Positions 1-11,700 of a stretch of 64,000 bases of DNA are shown here, piece after piece. Each line of letters begins with the position of its first letter. Positions within the stretch are counted from its first letter, which is position 1. A program made the position numbers and the translations under genes. The notes under the pieces are model-generated. The model saw only the letters and a list, made by a program, of their open reading frames with translations, did no database searches and was not told where the DNA came from. Source of the DNA: Candidatus Woesebacteria bacterium (GTDB taxonomy: Bacteria; Patescibacteriota; Microgenomatia; UBA10105; UBA927); the NCBI GenBank assembly GCA_044223895.1, contig JBGALL010000002.1, forward strand, positions 704 to 64,703. The letters run 5' to 3'.

Positions 1-398
1 AGCCAGGTATTATCATTACCTAAAGGAATACACGTCTCGATTAAATGGTCCATATTCATTGTTAAATTCTTAGCTATTATTTCCCCTTTGTCACCATTGA
101 TTGTTTGAAAGATAGCCAGATGCAATATCCCGTATCGAGTATCTTTCTTTACTGTTTGTACACCTGAATCAAGGGTTTCTCCTCCATATAATGCATGAGT
201 CATATAGGAAATTCGATCCATCGCAGTTCTGACTTGCTGAAGTGTGTAGATTCCAACGTGACTTAAATCACTTTCACCCATCAATGACTGTTCATTACTG
301 AGGACAACTACTCGCAGTATTTCTTTGGCAGTATCAAGAGGCATTAACTCGGGAATAATATCCCTTGTAGAATCAGCTCTCTGTTCTATTTGTTTCAT
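1..398 (-). CDS. Hypothetical protein, 3' end runs off the window (MKQIEQRADSTRDIIPELMP...)
   Basis: Read by hand: open frame from ATG at 398 to the window edge, preceded by TGCTATAAT-6 nt; absent from the ORF track because it has no stop in the window. Confidence 0.65.
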   Translation of the reverse strand, partial: MKQIEQRADSTRDIIPELMPLDTAKEILRVVVLSNEQSLMGESDLSHVGIYTLQQVRTAMDRISYMTHALYGGETLDSGVQTVKKDTRYGILHLAIFQTINGDKGEIIAKNLTMNMDHLIETCIPLGNDNTW

Positions 399-422
399 TG
401 GGGAATTATAGCAGACAAGATC

Positions 423-2114
423 TCATCTTCCCGCTTTTTGTAAGACTACTATCCCCGATTCATTTACCGCTACTATATATTCTTTACTTTTTACGAGCCC
501 TTCTAGTTTAGACTTTACTGTATCTAAATCGGTAAAAACGGTGGCTATCTGGGTATCATAAATGATTATGTCTTGTCCTGAGGGAACGTTTGGCCAAGGG
601 GTAATTTTTTGAAACGGTTTATTTACGTGTGGCGCTATGATGTATTGTGCTCCGATAGTATAGTCATCAGGTATATCATGAATAACACTATTCAACAATC
701 GTATGTGTTCTCCTGAGGGGGAATGAATATTCCCAAATTTAAGTGTTTTATCGGTATCTGTTGGTGAAGGTAAGGCAATAATTGAAAAGGTTGCACATCC
801 GTAGAGAACATTGGAGAAAAACGCTACATAGCTTATAACCGACCCTAATAAAATGGAGATATGTTTTAGATCTCTGGCTAATTTCTTTTGGAGAAAGCGG
901 AGAGATTCGATGGTCGCCACCATCAATACTCCGGTAATTGCCGCCGTATAGTGCGTCCCATTGTCTGCAGCTAATCCCGAATTTAATAATTTTTCCAAAA
1001 GTGATGGAATAACTATAATTAGTGATGGTGGAAAGAAAAAAGGTACAAATGAAAAGGCCCCAAACAAGGTTAGTATGGTATTTATTTTCGTTTCAGGAGT
1101 TATCAAATTGCTGATAAATCCTATTGGATGAAACAGGCTGTATTTTACCAAACCCATAATTCCCGATCCCTCGGATGAAGGATATCTATCCCAATATATG
1201 AACCCGTGCCCAGGATTAAAGTAAGGGAAGATATATTGAAAACAAAGGATATACCACAACACGCCGGAGAGTATCGTTGGTATGGCAATTTTGAAATCTC
1301 GTTTTACCAAGACCAGATATAGCCCCCAAAAGATCATGATAAAAGCAACCTCTTCTTTTACAAACAAACTTAACAATACAAAAACAAAATAGACCACTGG
1401 CTTCTGACGGATATACCAATAATACATCCAGATAAATATTGGTGGAAGAAATAGGATGGGATGAAATCCGTAACTATAGCCAACCTGTAGGCCTCCTATG
1501 GCTATATATGCCGTGGCAACTGCCAGGCCGATACTTTTAGATTTACAAAGATGTGAACCCGCGAGATAGGCAGGAATTGCCCCGCTGATGGCAACTGCAG
1601 CTTGAATGACAACCAAGACTCCAGCATTGTGAATGATCCAATATATCGGAACGATAAACAATAAAATTGGTTCGAAGTGATCGTACCACACGGGATTTGT
1701 CGGCATATCCCAGACATAAGGTAGTTTAAATTGAGATACCTGCCAAATGAGATGATGATAATAGGAAAGATCTACCGATTCAAAGATGTAATGGGAGTAG
1801 GCATAATAGACAATTGTTGTTAGTGTAAAACCATATATGACTAACAAGATAAACCAAGCGTTAAGAAGAAATTTTTTGAACTTAGTTGATAATTGTTGAT
1901 GAGCAAAATACACAAATATACTAAAAAGTAATCCAGAAATAATTATCAGCACATAGTTCGTTGCCGTTGTATGAATTGGTATTAACTCTGGTCGGTACGA
2001 ATAGACATATAAAAACACAAATGGGAACAAGAAAAAAAAGATAGTCAGAGGGATAAGACCAAACAAAAATTGAGCCCAGGTAATGAATTTAATGGTTTTC
2101 TGCATAGATACCAC
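423..2114 (-). CDS. DUF2079-family polytopic membrane protein (GT-C-like glycosyltransferase)
   Basis: [10 protein letters not shown]...[23 protein letters not shown] motifs and many TM segments; true start probably 2105. Confidence 0.75.
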   Translation of the reverse strand: MVSMQKTIKFITWAQFLFGLIPLTIFFFLFPFVFLYVYSYRPELIPIHTTATNYVLIIISGLLFSIFVYFAHQQLSTKFKKFLLNAWFILLVIYGFTLTTIVYYAYSHYIFESVDLSYYHHLIWQVSQFKLPYVWDMPTNPVWYDHFEPILLFIVPIYWIIHNAGVLVVIQAAVAISGAIPAYLAGSHLCKSKSIGLAVATAYIAIGGLQVGYSYGFHPILFLPPIFIWMYYWYIRQKPVVYFVFVLLSLFVKEEVAFIMIFWGLYLVLVKRDFKIAIPTILSGVLWYILCFQYIFPYFNPGHGFIYWDRYPSSEGSGIMGLVKYSLFHPIGFISNLITPETKINTILTLFGAFSFVPFFFPPSLIIVIPSLLEKLLNSGLAADNGTHYTAAITGVLMVATIESLRFLQKKLARDLKHISILLGSVISYVAFFSNVLYGCATFSIIALPSPTDTDKTLKFGNIHSPSGEHIRLLNSVIHDIPDDYTIGAQYIIAPHVNKPFQKITPWPNVPSGQDIIIYDTQIATVFTDLDTVKSKLEGLVKSKEYIVAVNESGIVVLQKAGR

Positions 2115-2138
2115 TTTTTATTCTATACTAATTACTGC

Positions 2139-3485
2139 ATGCCCTACAGAACTCTTGATTCAATTCAACAATTTCATCATCTACATACTCGTCCGCAACC
2201 AGATCAGCGGTTATTCACTAGCTCACGGATAGAAGAAATTATTACTACTATTGCTGCAGATATTCATGATGAAGATCTACGAAGAATGTTTGTCCAGTGT
2301 TTTCCAAACTGTTTAGATACTACTGTCTATTATGAAGAAAATGAACAAGGAATAAAGGATACTTTTGTAGTAACCGGAGATATCCCAGCCATGTGGCTAC
2401 GCGATTCCACTAACCAGGTGTGGCCGTATTTGTACTACATAAATGAAGATGTCGAGCTGCGAAATATGTTCATCGGTTTGATTAACCGTCAAACTCGATG
2501 CATTATATCTGATCCCTACGCAAATGCCTTTGAAAAAGATATTAGCGTGTGGGAGCGAAAGTATGAATTGGATAGTCTGTGTGCTTTTTTTCGACTTTCT
2601 GATGGATATTATAAAAAGACTCATGATCTCTCTCCGTTTGGCGAAGATTGGATTCACGCTATCAACAAAGCCTTACAAGTAATTCAGTTAGAACAAAATA
2701 CGCTTAACAAAGATAATCGGGAGTTATTATTTGATTTCCGAACCAAATCTGGTCATCATCACCCAGCCATACGAATGAATGGCTATGGATATCCGGGTAA
2801 ACGCTGTGGATTATCCAGATGTGTGTTCCGACCTTCTGATGATGAAACGGTCTTTCCATATCTCATTCCAGCAAATGCGATGGCAGTAGTGGGTTTGAAA
2901 AACATTGCTGAAATTTTGGAAAAAAATTCAGCTTTAGAAAGTTCAAAACTAGCCAGACATGTAGCCGCACAAATACAAAAAGGAATAGAAGACTGGGGTA
3001 TTATCACTCACAAAAAATACGGTACTATCTATGCCTTTGAAGTGGACGGTTGTGGTTCTTCGTGTGTTATGGATGACCCAAACATTCCCAGCTTACTCAG
3101 TCTTCCCTATCTTGGATATTGCTCAGTGGCTGATCCAATTTACCAGCAAACGCGAAAATTTATTCTCAGTGATGATAATCCATTTTTTGCCAAAGGTTCA
3201 GCCGCGTCCGGGGTAACCTCTCCCCATGTGGGTACACGAGATAAATTTTGGCCTATGGCAACTATAATGCAGGCCTTTACTTCTACTGATCTAGAAGAAA
3301 TCATTTCTTGTGTTCGCCAGTTGAAATCAACCCATGGCAATACCTTTTTCATTCACGAGAGTGTAGATGTTGATGACCCACACAAATATAGTCGATCTTG
3401 GTTTTCTTGGGCAAACTCATTGTTTGGAGAGCTTATCGTACAAATTCATGCCAAAGTCCCAGAAATATTGCATAGAGAATTCTAG
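2139..3485 (+). CDS. Glycoside hydrolase family 125 (exo-alpha-1,6-mannosidase-like)
   Basis: [61 protein letters not shown] motifs; start placed at ATG 2139 after TATACT. Confidence 0.92.
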   Translation: MPYRTLDSIQQFHHLHTRPQPDQRLFTSSRIEEIITTIAADIHDEDLRRMFVQCFPNCLDTTVYYEENEQGIKDTFVVTGDIPAMWLRDSTNQVWPYLYYINEDVELRNMFIGLINRQTRCIISDPYANAFEKDISVWERKYELDSLCAFFRLSDGYYKKTHDLSPFGEDWIHAINKALQVIQLEQNTLNKDNRELLFDFRTKSGHHHPAIRMNGYGYPGKRCGLSRCVFRPSDDETVFPYLIPANAMAVVGLKNIAEILEKNSALESSKLARHVAAQIQKGIEDWGIITHKKYGTIYAFEVDGCGSSCVMDDPNIPSLLSLPYLGYCSVADPIYQQTRKFILSDDNPFFAKGSAASGVTSPHVGTRDKFWPMATIMQAFTSTDLEEIISCVRQLKSTHGNTFFIHESVDVDDPHKYSRSWFSWANSLFGELIVQIHAKVPEILHREF

Positions 3486-3538
3486 CTCAACAGTGAGATT
3501 GTATTTTTTGTCTAAACACTTATACTCATTACATTAAT

Positions 3539-4642
3539 ATGTATGCCTTAATAGTTGGTAAATTAGGATATTTCCTTTCGGATTTCGGAGGGTATCTAGT
3601 TTTCTTCGCGATCTCACTATTTATATTTGTTGTTGGAATATATAAAACCTTCAAAAATAAGTATTCGGAAAAAAGAAAAGAAATGTTAGTCACTGGACTA
3701 TTTACGTTTATCGCAGTGGTATCGATCTTTACCTTTTGTGAAGCCTTCTTTCGATATCGATATGATCAAACTGATGGATTGGGTTTTCTCAAGGTGAGTA
3801 AGCGTTGGAATGATCGTCATGTCAGATACAACAACATGATTTACCGTGATGACAAGAATTATGAAATAGATAAACCAGCTGGGGTTACCCGGATTGGTGT
3901 CTTTGGAGATTCATTAACCTTTGCGCAGGGAATAAAAAATGTTTCAGATAGATACTCTAATCAATTGGAAACTATGTTGAAACAGAATGGTAAAAATGTT
4001 CAAGTGTATAACTTTGGTATTTCTGGACAAGATACCTGTGAAGAGATAAATCAGTTTAGAAAGTTAGAATATATCCCCATGGATATCATTATCTGGCAAT
4101 ATTATTTCAATGATATCCAGCCCTGTAATGATCAAAGTACCGGTACACGAATCATGCATAATACTCTTGGTCAAATTAGCCCGGTAATTCGATACTTGTC
4201 AAATGTTTCATTCTTTTTTGATTATATGTATTGGCGACTTACTCCGAATCATGATGCCATCTATCATATGTTACGCAATGCTGATCTGGCTCAATATGAT
4301 ACCAAGAGTATTTTTGATCAACATGTCATTGATATTGCTACCTTATCAGGTCAGATGAAACACGAGGGAGTGAAAGAAGGGAATCCTCCTCGTAAAGTTA
4401 TTGCCATCGCCTTTCCATTATTAAATTTGTTCGACAAAAACTACCCAGGTGCTGATGTTCAAAAAAAGATGGTTGCAGTCTTAGCAGCCCAAGATATGGA
4501 AGTTATTGATATGTATCCCTTTTTAAAAGATAAGAAGCGTGAAGACTTGGTAGTGGGACACTTTGATAGTCATCCTAATGAATATGTGAATAAAATTGCT
4601 GCAGAAAAACTTGAAGAGAAAATTCTTCCTCTCCTTCCCTAA
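3539..4642 (+). CDS. Membrane-anchored SGNH/GDSL hydrolase
   Basis: Two N-terminal TM helices; GDSLT block I, NFGISG block II, YFND block III, DSHPN block V. Confidence 0.85.
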   Translation: MYALIVGKLGYFLSDFGGYLVFFAISLFIFVVGIYKTFKNKYSEKRKEMLVTGLFTFIAVVSIFTFCEAFFRYRYDQTDGLGFLKVSKRWNDRHVRYNNMIYRDDKNYEIDKPAGVTRIGVFGDSLTFAQGIKNVSDRYSNQLETMLKQNGKNVQVYNFGISGQDTCEEINQFRKLEYIPMDIIIWQYYFNDIQPCNDQSTGTRIMHNTLGQISPVIRYLSNVSFFFDYMYWRLTPNHDAIYHMLRNADLAQYDTKSIFDQHVIDIATLSGQMKHEGVKEGNPPRKVIAIAFPLLNLFDKNYPGADVQKKMVAVLAAQDMEVIDMYPFLKDKKREDLVVGHFDSHPNEYVNKIAAEKLEEKILPLLP

Positions 4643-4647
4643 GCTCT

Positions 4648-6327
4648 TTAGACTATTTCATCTTTTTTACTGCGGATAAAGCGGAACCATTCTTCCATAA
4701 ATTCAAATACTACTTTCAAAGGAGCTTCTAAGACGAAATCAAATACAAACATAATCACATTTAATTTAGCGATTTCTCCCGATAACGCTCGACCGACACT
4801 GAGAATAGGAATAAAGAAGAAATCTATAATTGGACTCAGGATGCCCGAGCGTTCAACTATTTGATATTCTTTGGCAGAGAGACGAATTCGATATGCAAAG
4901 AAACTTACCAAGGTTACAAAGAAGATAAATATTATCTGACTAGCAATATTGAAGTGTAATCGAGTTAAGATATATGAGATAAATCCGAATGATAGTAAGA
5001 AAGCGACTAAATATAATATCGAAAATACAGCGGTCATCACTGGCTTCCTGACAACCTGATGAGGAACGAAGTTTCCTGTTTCATTGTTTAGATCATCAAA
5101 TTTATAAAAGATGGCTTTAATTCTTCCAATTAACCTGGCAGTATTATCTGTTCCTGGAACTCGTATAAAACCGGCGATTAAAAATAATAAGAAGGGTGGA
5201 AATAATGAGTTAATTCCTATGGCTAAATAATCAATCCGTTTGGTGATGAATATATCTACAGGAGCTTCTAGAGCGAGAGCAAATACCATCTTAGTCATGA
5301 ATATGTAGATAATACTTCTGACCACTGCACGACGAACTTTGGTGCCAATTTCGTGATATCTCTTTGTCGCTAAGCTAGTCAGGGTTTGTTCCAAATCTCC
5401 TTCGTTTTCGATGACACTTCGTGCGTGTCTGCCTTGTTCCAAGAGGAAATCACGAATTAACAAGAATGGAGGATTATTTTTCCTGACAAATCTGTAGAGT
5501 GGATCACTCAAGGGATCTTTGAGAGCTTTTTCGATAAGTTGAATATTGTCGATAAGTTCATCAATCTGGGTATTTACACTATGTGAATCAACCGTTAACC
5601 AAGCAGGTTGTATAAGTTTGATGAGATGATAAATGATTAAAGGATTATCCGCTTGCGCATATCCTCTCTCTACAGCTATATAAATAAGGATGTTTAAAGT
5701 CTTTTCATCGGTATTCGGTATAGTAATTTTCGGTAACAGAGCCTGAAAATAGAAATTATTTAGTGCTTCACGTTTTTTGGCAGGAACTATAGCTTCTTCT
5801 ATCTCTGCAGAAAGTATTCCCAACAAGGTGTCCCAGCTTATGGTATGAACCTTGTTTTTGCCGTTATAGAGTCCGAATTTAATAACTAAATATTTGTCGA
5901 TGATTTGTTGTACTTGTTGGACCTTTCCGTCGTCAATTTGGCTTGAATCTATATATCGCGCCCACAATAACTCTACAATGACATTTTCTCCCATATTATT
6001 GGTCGTTCCACCAAGAATAATCCGTCGTTTGAGTATGCGTTCTATAGCAGCCCTACGGATTAAATGTTCTGCTCGAAATTCGACAGCATTTCTGGCTTTT
6101 TCATACAACGCCGCCAGAAGGGAAACGGTTCTACTTACCTGATATTTCGAACCATCTCGGTAGCTGGAATAATCCTCCTCAAAAACTTCTAATAATGCTT
6201 TCACAAAGGGAGAGAGTGTTTGGGAATCATGAGTAGGACCAGAATTATGAAAAGACATGGTTGGTGCTGGTTGGGGTGCGTGTTCCGAGGAAGAATGATT
6301 GTCTGTATGGGAGGAATGATCGCTCAT
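4648..6327 (-). CDS. Hypothetical membrane protein (large soluble N-domain, C-terminal TM helices)
   Basis: 559-aa ORF with 4-5 hydrophobic helices near the C-terminus; no motif recognised. Confidence 0.7.
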   Translation of the reverse strand: MSDHSSHTDNHSSSEHAPQPAPTMSFHNSGPTHDSQTLSPFVKALLEVFEEDYSSYRDGSKYQVSRTVSLLAALYEKARNAVEFRAEHLIRRAAIERILKRRIILGGTTNNMGENVIVELLWARYIDSSQIDDGKVQQVQQIIDKYLVIKFGLYNGKNKVHTISWDTLLGILSAEIEEAIVPAKKREALNNFYFQALLPKITIPNTDEKTLNILIYIAVERGYAQADNPLIIYHLIKLIQPAWLTVDSHSVNTQIDELIDNIQLIEKALKDPLSDPLYRFVRKNNPPFLLIRDFLLEQGRHARSVIENEGDLEQTLTSLATKRYHEIGTKVRRAVVRSIIYIFMTKMVFALALEAPVDIFITKRIDYLAIGINSLFPPFLLFLIAGFIRVPGTDNTARLIGRIKAIFYKFDDLNNETGNFVPHQVVRKPVMTAVFSILYLVAFLLSFGFISYILTRLHFNIASQIIFIFFVTLVSFFAYRIRLSAKEYQIVERSGILSPIIDFFFIPILSVGRALSGEIAKLNVIMFVFDFVLEAPLKVVFEFMEEWFRFIRSKKDEIV

Positions 6328-6363
6328 AGATATACTTGATTATATCATTCTAAGCTATTTAAT

Positions 6364-6741
6364 TCATGTATTGGCGGGCTGCTGGAGGTGGGTAGCTATT
6401 TTATCAACCAGGGTATGAAGTTCCATTTGTGCTTTAAAGAAATAATCGATAGCCCCATAATCGAAGGCTGTTTGCTTCTCACTATCGAGATTGGTGAGGA
6501 CTATAACCGGTACTTTTTTTAACTTTTCGTCTCGTTTTAATTGTTGCAAAATATCGAAACCATTCATACCGCCAGGAAGCATAATATCTAAGAGCAGTAA
6601 ATCAACGGGTTTTTGGCTGAATAATCTCATTCCTTCTGGACCAGTTGCTGCAGAGGAGACTTCGTATCCGTGCTGGGTGAGCACTTGAGTGTAGACTTTT
6701 CGGAGAGTTTCATCATCTTCGATGATGAGAATGTGTGCCAT
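6364..6741 (-). CDS. Single-domain response regulator (receiver)
   Basis: ILIIEDD, DLLLLDIMLP, IVLTN, DYFFK receiver motifs. Confidence 0.92.
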   Translation of the reverse strand: MAHILIIEDDETLRKVYTQVLTQHGYEVSSAATGPEGMRLFSQKPVDLLLLDIMLPGGMNGFDILQQLKRDEKLKKVPVIVLTNLDSEKQTAFDYGAIDYFFKAQMELHTLVDKIATHLQQPANT

Positions 6742-6835
6742 ACTTGTATGGTACTAAGATTGGATTGAGGATACAACAAGCTATTGTCCAACGGGTAAGA
6801 GAGGGGTTCAGAAAATCTACTCTTCGGATAGTTGG

Positions 6836-8074
6836 TTAAGGCGAATACTGTGTGAGCCAAACTACATAATCAGCCCCATCCACTCTCCCACTGTTATTAA
6901 AATCACCACTGAGCCTACCATTGGTGACCGACTGTTGATAATGATTAAACCAAATAATATAGTCTCCGCCATTCGTTTTTCCATCACCATTGGCATCTCC
7001 TGGACTGATTGCTGGCGTAGAAGTTGAAGCAATTGTTGGTCCAGTAGTGGTAAGGTGTTTTTGTAAAATGGTCATCTGAGGACCATCATAATATTGTTTT
7101 TGGAGATTACAAAAAGGACCTAAACTGTTTATGTCGCCATAGGGACCACCAGCCCAATAGGCACCAGAAATATTATTTTGATCTAGATATGTTAAAAAGT
7201 TATCCAATACTGTGAGCCAACGTGAATCTTTGTTCGTTCCTCCGTCATAATTACAACTTTGATCTCCTGATTTCCATCCTCCAGGAATACCATACTCACC
7301 CGCAAAACATTTTTGATTATTGGTCTTACACCAATTTACAAAGCCTTGAGCACGCTCTACTCCCAAATTTAGGCTATTGTTGGGAACATCGTATCCATTG
7401 ACGTATTGGCCATTCGGCGGGGTGTCAAAATAAAAATGGGCTTCGTATATTAAGTTATTTGCAGGATCTTGCATCGGTAAGCCTGAGAGATGAGAGGTAA
7501 AATAATGTCCATATCCACCGGTAGAAGTAGGAACAAAAATTGGATGAACCATATCAACCGTTCGGATAGTCGCAATTACCGAGGGGGCAATTTGCAAATT
7601 CCAACTGTCACCCATATTTGGTTCGTTTATCAAATCATAACCGGCAATAGCGGTTTCATTTTTGTAATGAGTGGCTACTTTCATCCACATATCGTTAAAT
7701 GCTGCCTGAGGAACGGCAGTAGTGTTAACATCCTGACCTTTGTATCTCCCAGGAAGTGGAACGAAGAGGATTTGTTGACCTCGAGTTTTTGCGGCCGAGA
7801 CCAAGGCATCCATTTTTGCTAAATAGGTTGCATCAAGAGGACCATTTAAACTGGGTTGTAAATGTTCCCAGGCAAATCCTACCCGAAAAGTATTAAGACC
7901 GTTAGCCTTGAAGTAATCTAGCACTGCCGGAGGTGCAAAGGTATCTACCCCTCCATACAAGCCCTGCCACCCCCCAAATAAATTCACACCACGAAAATAG
8001 TTGGCTGCAACGACATGTTGTGCTGAATTGAATAAGAGAAAAGAAGTAACGACAAGAGTAAAAAACTTTTTCAA
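6836..8074 (-). CDS. Secreted GH5 endoglucanase-like enzyme with C-terminal dockerin-like tag
   Basis: Signal peptide; RVGFAWEHLQP, LINEP acid/base, YEAHFYFD, FAGEYG nucleophile; Ser/Thr linker then paired GDxNxxGxxxGxDYxxW repeats. Confidence 0.88.
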   Translation of the reverse strand: MKKFFTLVVTSFLLFNSAQHVVAANYFRGVNLFGGWQGLYGGVDTFAPPAVLDYFKANGLNTFRVGFAWEHLQPSLNGPLDATYLAKMDALVSAAKTRGQQILFVPLPGRYKGQDVNTTAVPQAAFNDMWMKVATHYKNETAIAGYDLINEPNMGDSWNLQIAPSVIATIRTVDMVHPIFVPTSTGGYGHYFTSHLSGLPMQDPANNLIYEAHFYFDTPPNGQYVNGYDVPNNSLNLGVERAQGFVNWCKTNNQKCFAGEYGIPGGWKSGDQSCNYDGGTNKDSRWLTVLDNFLTYLDQNNISGAYWAGGPYGDINSLGPFCNLQKQYYDGPQMTILQKHLTTTGPTIASTSTPAISPGDANGDGKTNGGDYIIWFNHYQQSVTNGRLSGDFNNSGRVDGADYVVWLTQYSP

Positions 8075-8124
8075 CTAGGTCTAGCTTAATATCTTTATCA
8101 AAATGTGTAAACCTCTGTAGATTA

Positions 8125-8547
8125 TTATAAATCTTTATTTAAAAACTTGAGTTTTTTGGGAAGTTTCATTTTAGATTTGGGAGAGGTAAATTTACTTTTT
8201 GATCCATACCATAATAGAACATATAGGGCTTGCATTATTATTGGAAGGACATACAAAGGTTGATGGTTTTGATACTGTTTTATCAGTGGTAATAATCCAA
8301 TAATTACACCACAAAACTGTAATCCAGTAATCAATGTCCAATCATCTTTATATTGAGTTTTGAAAATACTAACAACCACATAATAAAGAAACAAAACTCT
8401 GAAAATTAGAAAAAGAATGGTTTGTGCTGATGGAGCGGAAGACAATGTAGCTATTATATTGATCAGATTTATTACCACCACTAGAACTGTTGAAATTTTC
8501 AACAACCTAAAGACTGCATCAGTTAAGTCCAAATGTGTTTTTTTCAT
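8125..8547 (-). CDS. Small 4-TM membrane protein
   Basis: Hydrophobic 140-aa ORF; TATAAT 7 nt upstream of ATG. Confidence 0.65.
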   Translation of the reverse strand: MKKTHLDLTDAVFRLLKISTVLVVVINLINIIATLSSAPSAQTILFLIFRVLFLYYVVVSIFKTQYKDDWTLITGLQFCGVIIGLLPLIKQYQNHQPLYVLPIIMQALYVLLWYGSKSKFTSPKSKMKLPKKLKFLNKDL

Positions 8548-8588
8548 ACAATTAATTATACGCTTTTCACCGAAGACTATCTTAAATG

Positions 8589-11500
8589 TTAATTTTGTAG
8601 AGAATCATAATGTATTACTTCAGCATATTGTTCTAATATCAGCAGGGCGCGTTTTAAATCACGTTTTATCCAGGTCATATCTTTATATGTAGTTTCGTTT
8701 GCGAGTGCGTAACAATCAAAAGCCCCTTTTTTCCCTTCAAAACCAAAAAAATTTTCAACCACACTGAATCGATTATTATTTCCTTTTTCTCTAATGTAAT
8801 GGGTGTAAATATCTCTAATCCGTTGAACACTTAAGGCAGGATATTGAGTATCTACACATTCGTCAAAAAATTCTTCACCAAGTAATTCCCACAATTTTAG
8901 TTTTGCTTCGACGATACCTTTTACTACTATATTGGTATCACCTGTTTTAAAATATTCTTTATGGATTTGCCAGGGAGATTTTTTCAGAAATATATTTTGA
9001 AATGCATAAAATTGTTGTTTATCAGATAAGCTGGGTACAGAATTCTTCATAAGTTCGTAATAGATTTTTTCCGATTGAGGATTTTGATGAATCAGGTGGG
9101 ATATCCATTCTATAGTCCTTTTGGTATCTGGATTGATATTGATTTTCTGATCATTGGAATCTTTGCGAGAATTTTGTTCTCCAAATTTAATTTCTAAAAT
9201 AATCGATTGAAATATATTGGAAGGTTCCACATAAAAGACTGCATCAACAATTGCCTGATATTTTTTGACACGGGACAATAAACGTTTAATAATCCGTTCA
9301 TCATAGGTTCCTTTTTCTCGATTTAATAAATCTCCTAAAACCATAGGAATATGGATGTGAACATCGTGAGTTTGGCCGAAACGGTGGATGCGATCGATTG
9401 CTTGAAGTAGTCGTGCAGCAGTGTCAGGAGCAACGAATAAGATAACTTCTGTTGCATTATTGTCTGGGGAACTGAGGGTGATTGACTCTCCGGCTGTTTT
9501 GTAGTTCCCAATCAGGACAGATAACGATCTATCAGTTGAAACAGGTAGATGAAAGCGATTTTTAATCTCCTCTACTTCCTCTTGGTTCAGGGTGCCATCA
9601 AGAATACCAACATTGTCAATACCAGCTGCCGTTAATATTTGGGAAAGATTGACAGTACTCATTTGACCAGAATGACGTTCACTGTTTACAAATGGTGTAA
9701 AAATTACTACTTTTTTCCCTTCACTGGTAAGTGCCCGAACTTTGTTTATCAACCACTCTTGCTTCAACTCAGATTCCAATCCCAGCATTTCGTAAAAATG
9801 CGCAAAGGTATTATCGGTTGTTCTGGCTATTTCCTCGGCGCGACGAAGAAAATATTGTTGACGAAATTGATCCATTTTTCGTATGTCCAATTGATATATT
9901 TGGGCTGATCTGGATGGTAAATCAGCAACTTCTGACTTTTTTCTGCGGACAACACATGATCTCAACGCATCAAAAACAAATTCTGAAGATTGTTTCAGTT
10001 GACTAATTCTTTCCGCGTTAAATGCATCAGGGCTTATGAGATGAGCCAGTGCGAGAGGTTCGTTTTCATCGAGTACAAATGGGGTAGCTGTAGCTAAATA
10101 AATAGTTATCAAATGTTCTTTGGCAAATTTGTAAATACTGGCTGTCCTTTCGGCAATTCCAAAATTAAGGTTCATCAAATCAATGGATGGTTTCAGTAAT
10201 GAAGGATCCTTGGATTTAATATGATGAGCTTCATCAATTATCAGAATATCAAAACAATCTTCTTGGTCCATAAATTCTCGAAATTTTGGATTTCGAAACA
10301 TGTCTATATTTACTTCTACTATCTGAATTGGTTGTTGAGGATTTTCTATGAATTTTTTAATTTTCGTTACTCGTTGAGATGTATCTATATATATTGTGGG
10401 ATTAATCTGTTCTATAGGGAGCATATGTAGTCGTTGTCGAACTTCTCGTTCCCAAGTTGCTAATACGGATTTGTTACCGACGACCAAAATCCGTCTGGGG
10501 TTTTGTAGGCTTGGTTCTTGCATTTTCAGTCGTTCAATGGCTGTCAGTGCCAGCATGATCGTTTTCCCTAATCCTGGGTCGTCGGTAAGCATGGCTCCTT
10601 CTTCGAATTGACTAATTTTCCAGTAGGCTTCTACTTGATGAAAGAATAAATATTGGCGGTTTCCGTTACTATCTCGGGTTTTAAAATATTCTAACTGGGG
10701 AAATACTGTGGCAACCGTCGAGAAATGATCTGCTAGTTGAATAAGATCTGGAAAACGTTCGAGAAAATCAGAATAGTATTCTACCAAGTGTTCCTTAGCA
10801 GTGCGAGACATAAACTCTACTAATTGATCTGAGGAATAACTGGACTCCATAAACTGATTCCATGATCTACTCATCCGTTTATATAAAGCACTGAACAGTA
10901 TTGGTTGGATAAGTTCATCTTTAAACTGATCCACAAGTTCATTTGCATAGACATTCGTGCCATCTGTTAATAACTGTCCCAAAAAATCACGCAGAACTTC
11001 TACAGTATGTTCTGGTGAAGATTGGAATAATGATTTTTCATCGATGATATCCCTCTCTTCAAATGCGGTTAATTCTTTTTCCCGTTGATTTGCTAAGGTC
11101 GTCATTAGCTGTACCCCGATGTGACCGAATCGGTCATTTGATTGAGCTGCAAGTTGTTTATCTATATAGTGTCCAAATGCAGACAGAACAGTGTTTCTAC
11201 GATCGTATGGTAATACTGGAGCAAATGACAAAATTGTGTCTCGGGCTTGACGAAGTTGTGGATTTTTATCCATGAGTTGGAATACCGTATCTAGTCTGTC
11301 TCGTACCATAGGAATAAATTTATTAAACTCTTGAGGAAATTTATCAATAAGCTCTACCTGAACGAATAGAGGTGTTTCCTGAAAAAAGTATTCAGCGATG
11401 AGTGGTGGATTTTTCAATTGCGACAGTTCATGAGTATTCATGATCTGGGCTATACGCAAACTATGTCCAAGTTCATCGTACAAACTTCCGCAGGGTAGGG

Positions 11501-11663
11501 ATCTCGCATCGTCTCGGAGCATAAAATGTCTAAACAGCTTGCTACGGCTATCTACAGTTTTAAGGAGAGTTACGTATTTTATCCAGTCCTCATCTGCAAT
11601 ATCACGAATGTTGGAAATTTCACTAGAAGGAATTTGATTAAAATCTGGAATTTCTGGGTTCAT
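8589..11663 (-). CDS. SNF2-family (SF2) helicase/ATPase
   Basis: Q motif HQVEA, Walker A DDPGLGKT, IIDEAH, ATATP, VRRKKSEVADLP, GESITL, QAIDRIHRFGQ. Confidence 0.85.
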   Translation of the reverse strand: MNPEIPDFNQIPSSEISNIRDIADEDWIKYVTLLKTVDSRSKLFRHFMLRDDARSLPCGSLYDELGHSLRIAQIMNTHELSQLKNPPLIAEYFFQETPLFVQVELIDKFPQEFNKFIPMVRDRLDTVFQLMDKNPQLRQARDTILSFAPVLPYDRRNTVLSAFGHYIDKQLAAQSNDRFGHIGVQLMTTLANQREKELTAFEERDIIDEKSLFQSSPEHTVEVLRDFLGQLLTDGTNVYANELVDQFKDELIQPILFSALYKRMSRSWNQFMESSYSSDQLVEFMSRTAKEHLVEYYSDFLERFPDLIQLADHFSTVATVFPQLEYFKTRDSNGNRQYLFFHQVEAYWKISQFEEGAMLTDDPGLGKTIMLALTAIERLKMQEPSLQNPRRILVVGNKSVLATWEREVRQRLHMLPIEQINPTIYIDTSQRVTKIKKFIENPQQPIQIVEVNIDMFRNPKFREFMDQEDCFDILIIDEAHHIKSKDPSLLKPSIDLMNLNFGIAERTASIYKFAKEHLITIYLATATPFVLDENEPLALAHLISPDAFNAERISQLKQSSEFVFDALRSCVVRRKKSEVADLPSRSAQIYQLDIRKMDQFRQQYFLRRAEEIARTTDNTFAHFYEMLGLESELKQEWLINKVRALTSEGKKVVIFTPFVNSERHSGQMSTVNLSQILTAAGIDNVGILDGTLNQEEVEEIKNRFHLPVSTDRSLSVLIGNYKTAGESITLSSPDNNATEVILFVAPDTAARLLQAIDRIHRFGQTHDVHIHIPMVLGDLLNREKGTYDERIIKRLLSRVKKYQAIVDAVFYVEPSNIFQSIILEIKFGEQNSRKDSNDQKININPDTKRTIEWISHLIHQNPQSEKIYYELMKNSVPSLSDKQQFYAFQNIFLKKSPWQIHKEYFKTGDTNIVVKGIVEAKLKLWELLGEEFFDECVDTQYPALSVQRIRDIYTHYIREKGNNNRFSVVENFFGFEGKKGAFDCYALANETTYKDMTWIKRDLKRALLILEQYAEVIHYDSLQN

Positions 11664-11700
11664 GACATGATTACTACAAGGTAATCATGGAAGTATACAC

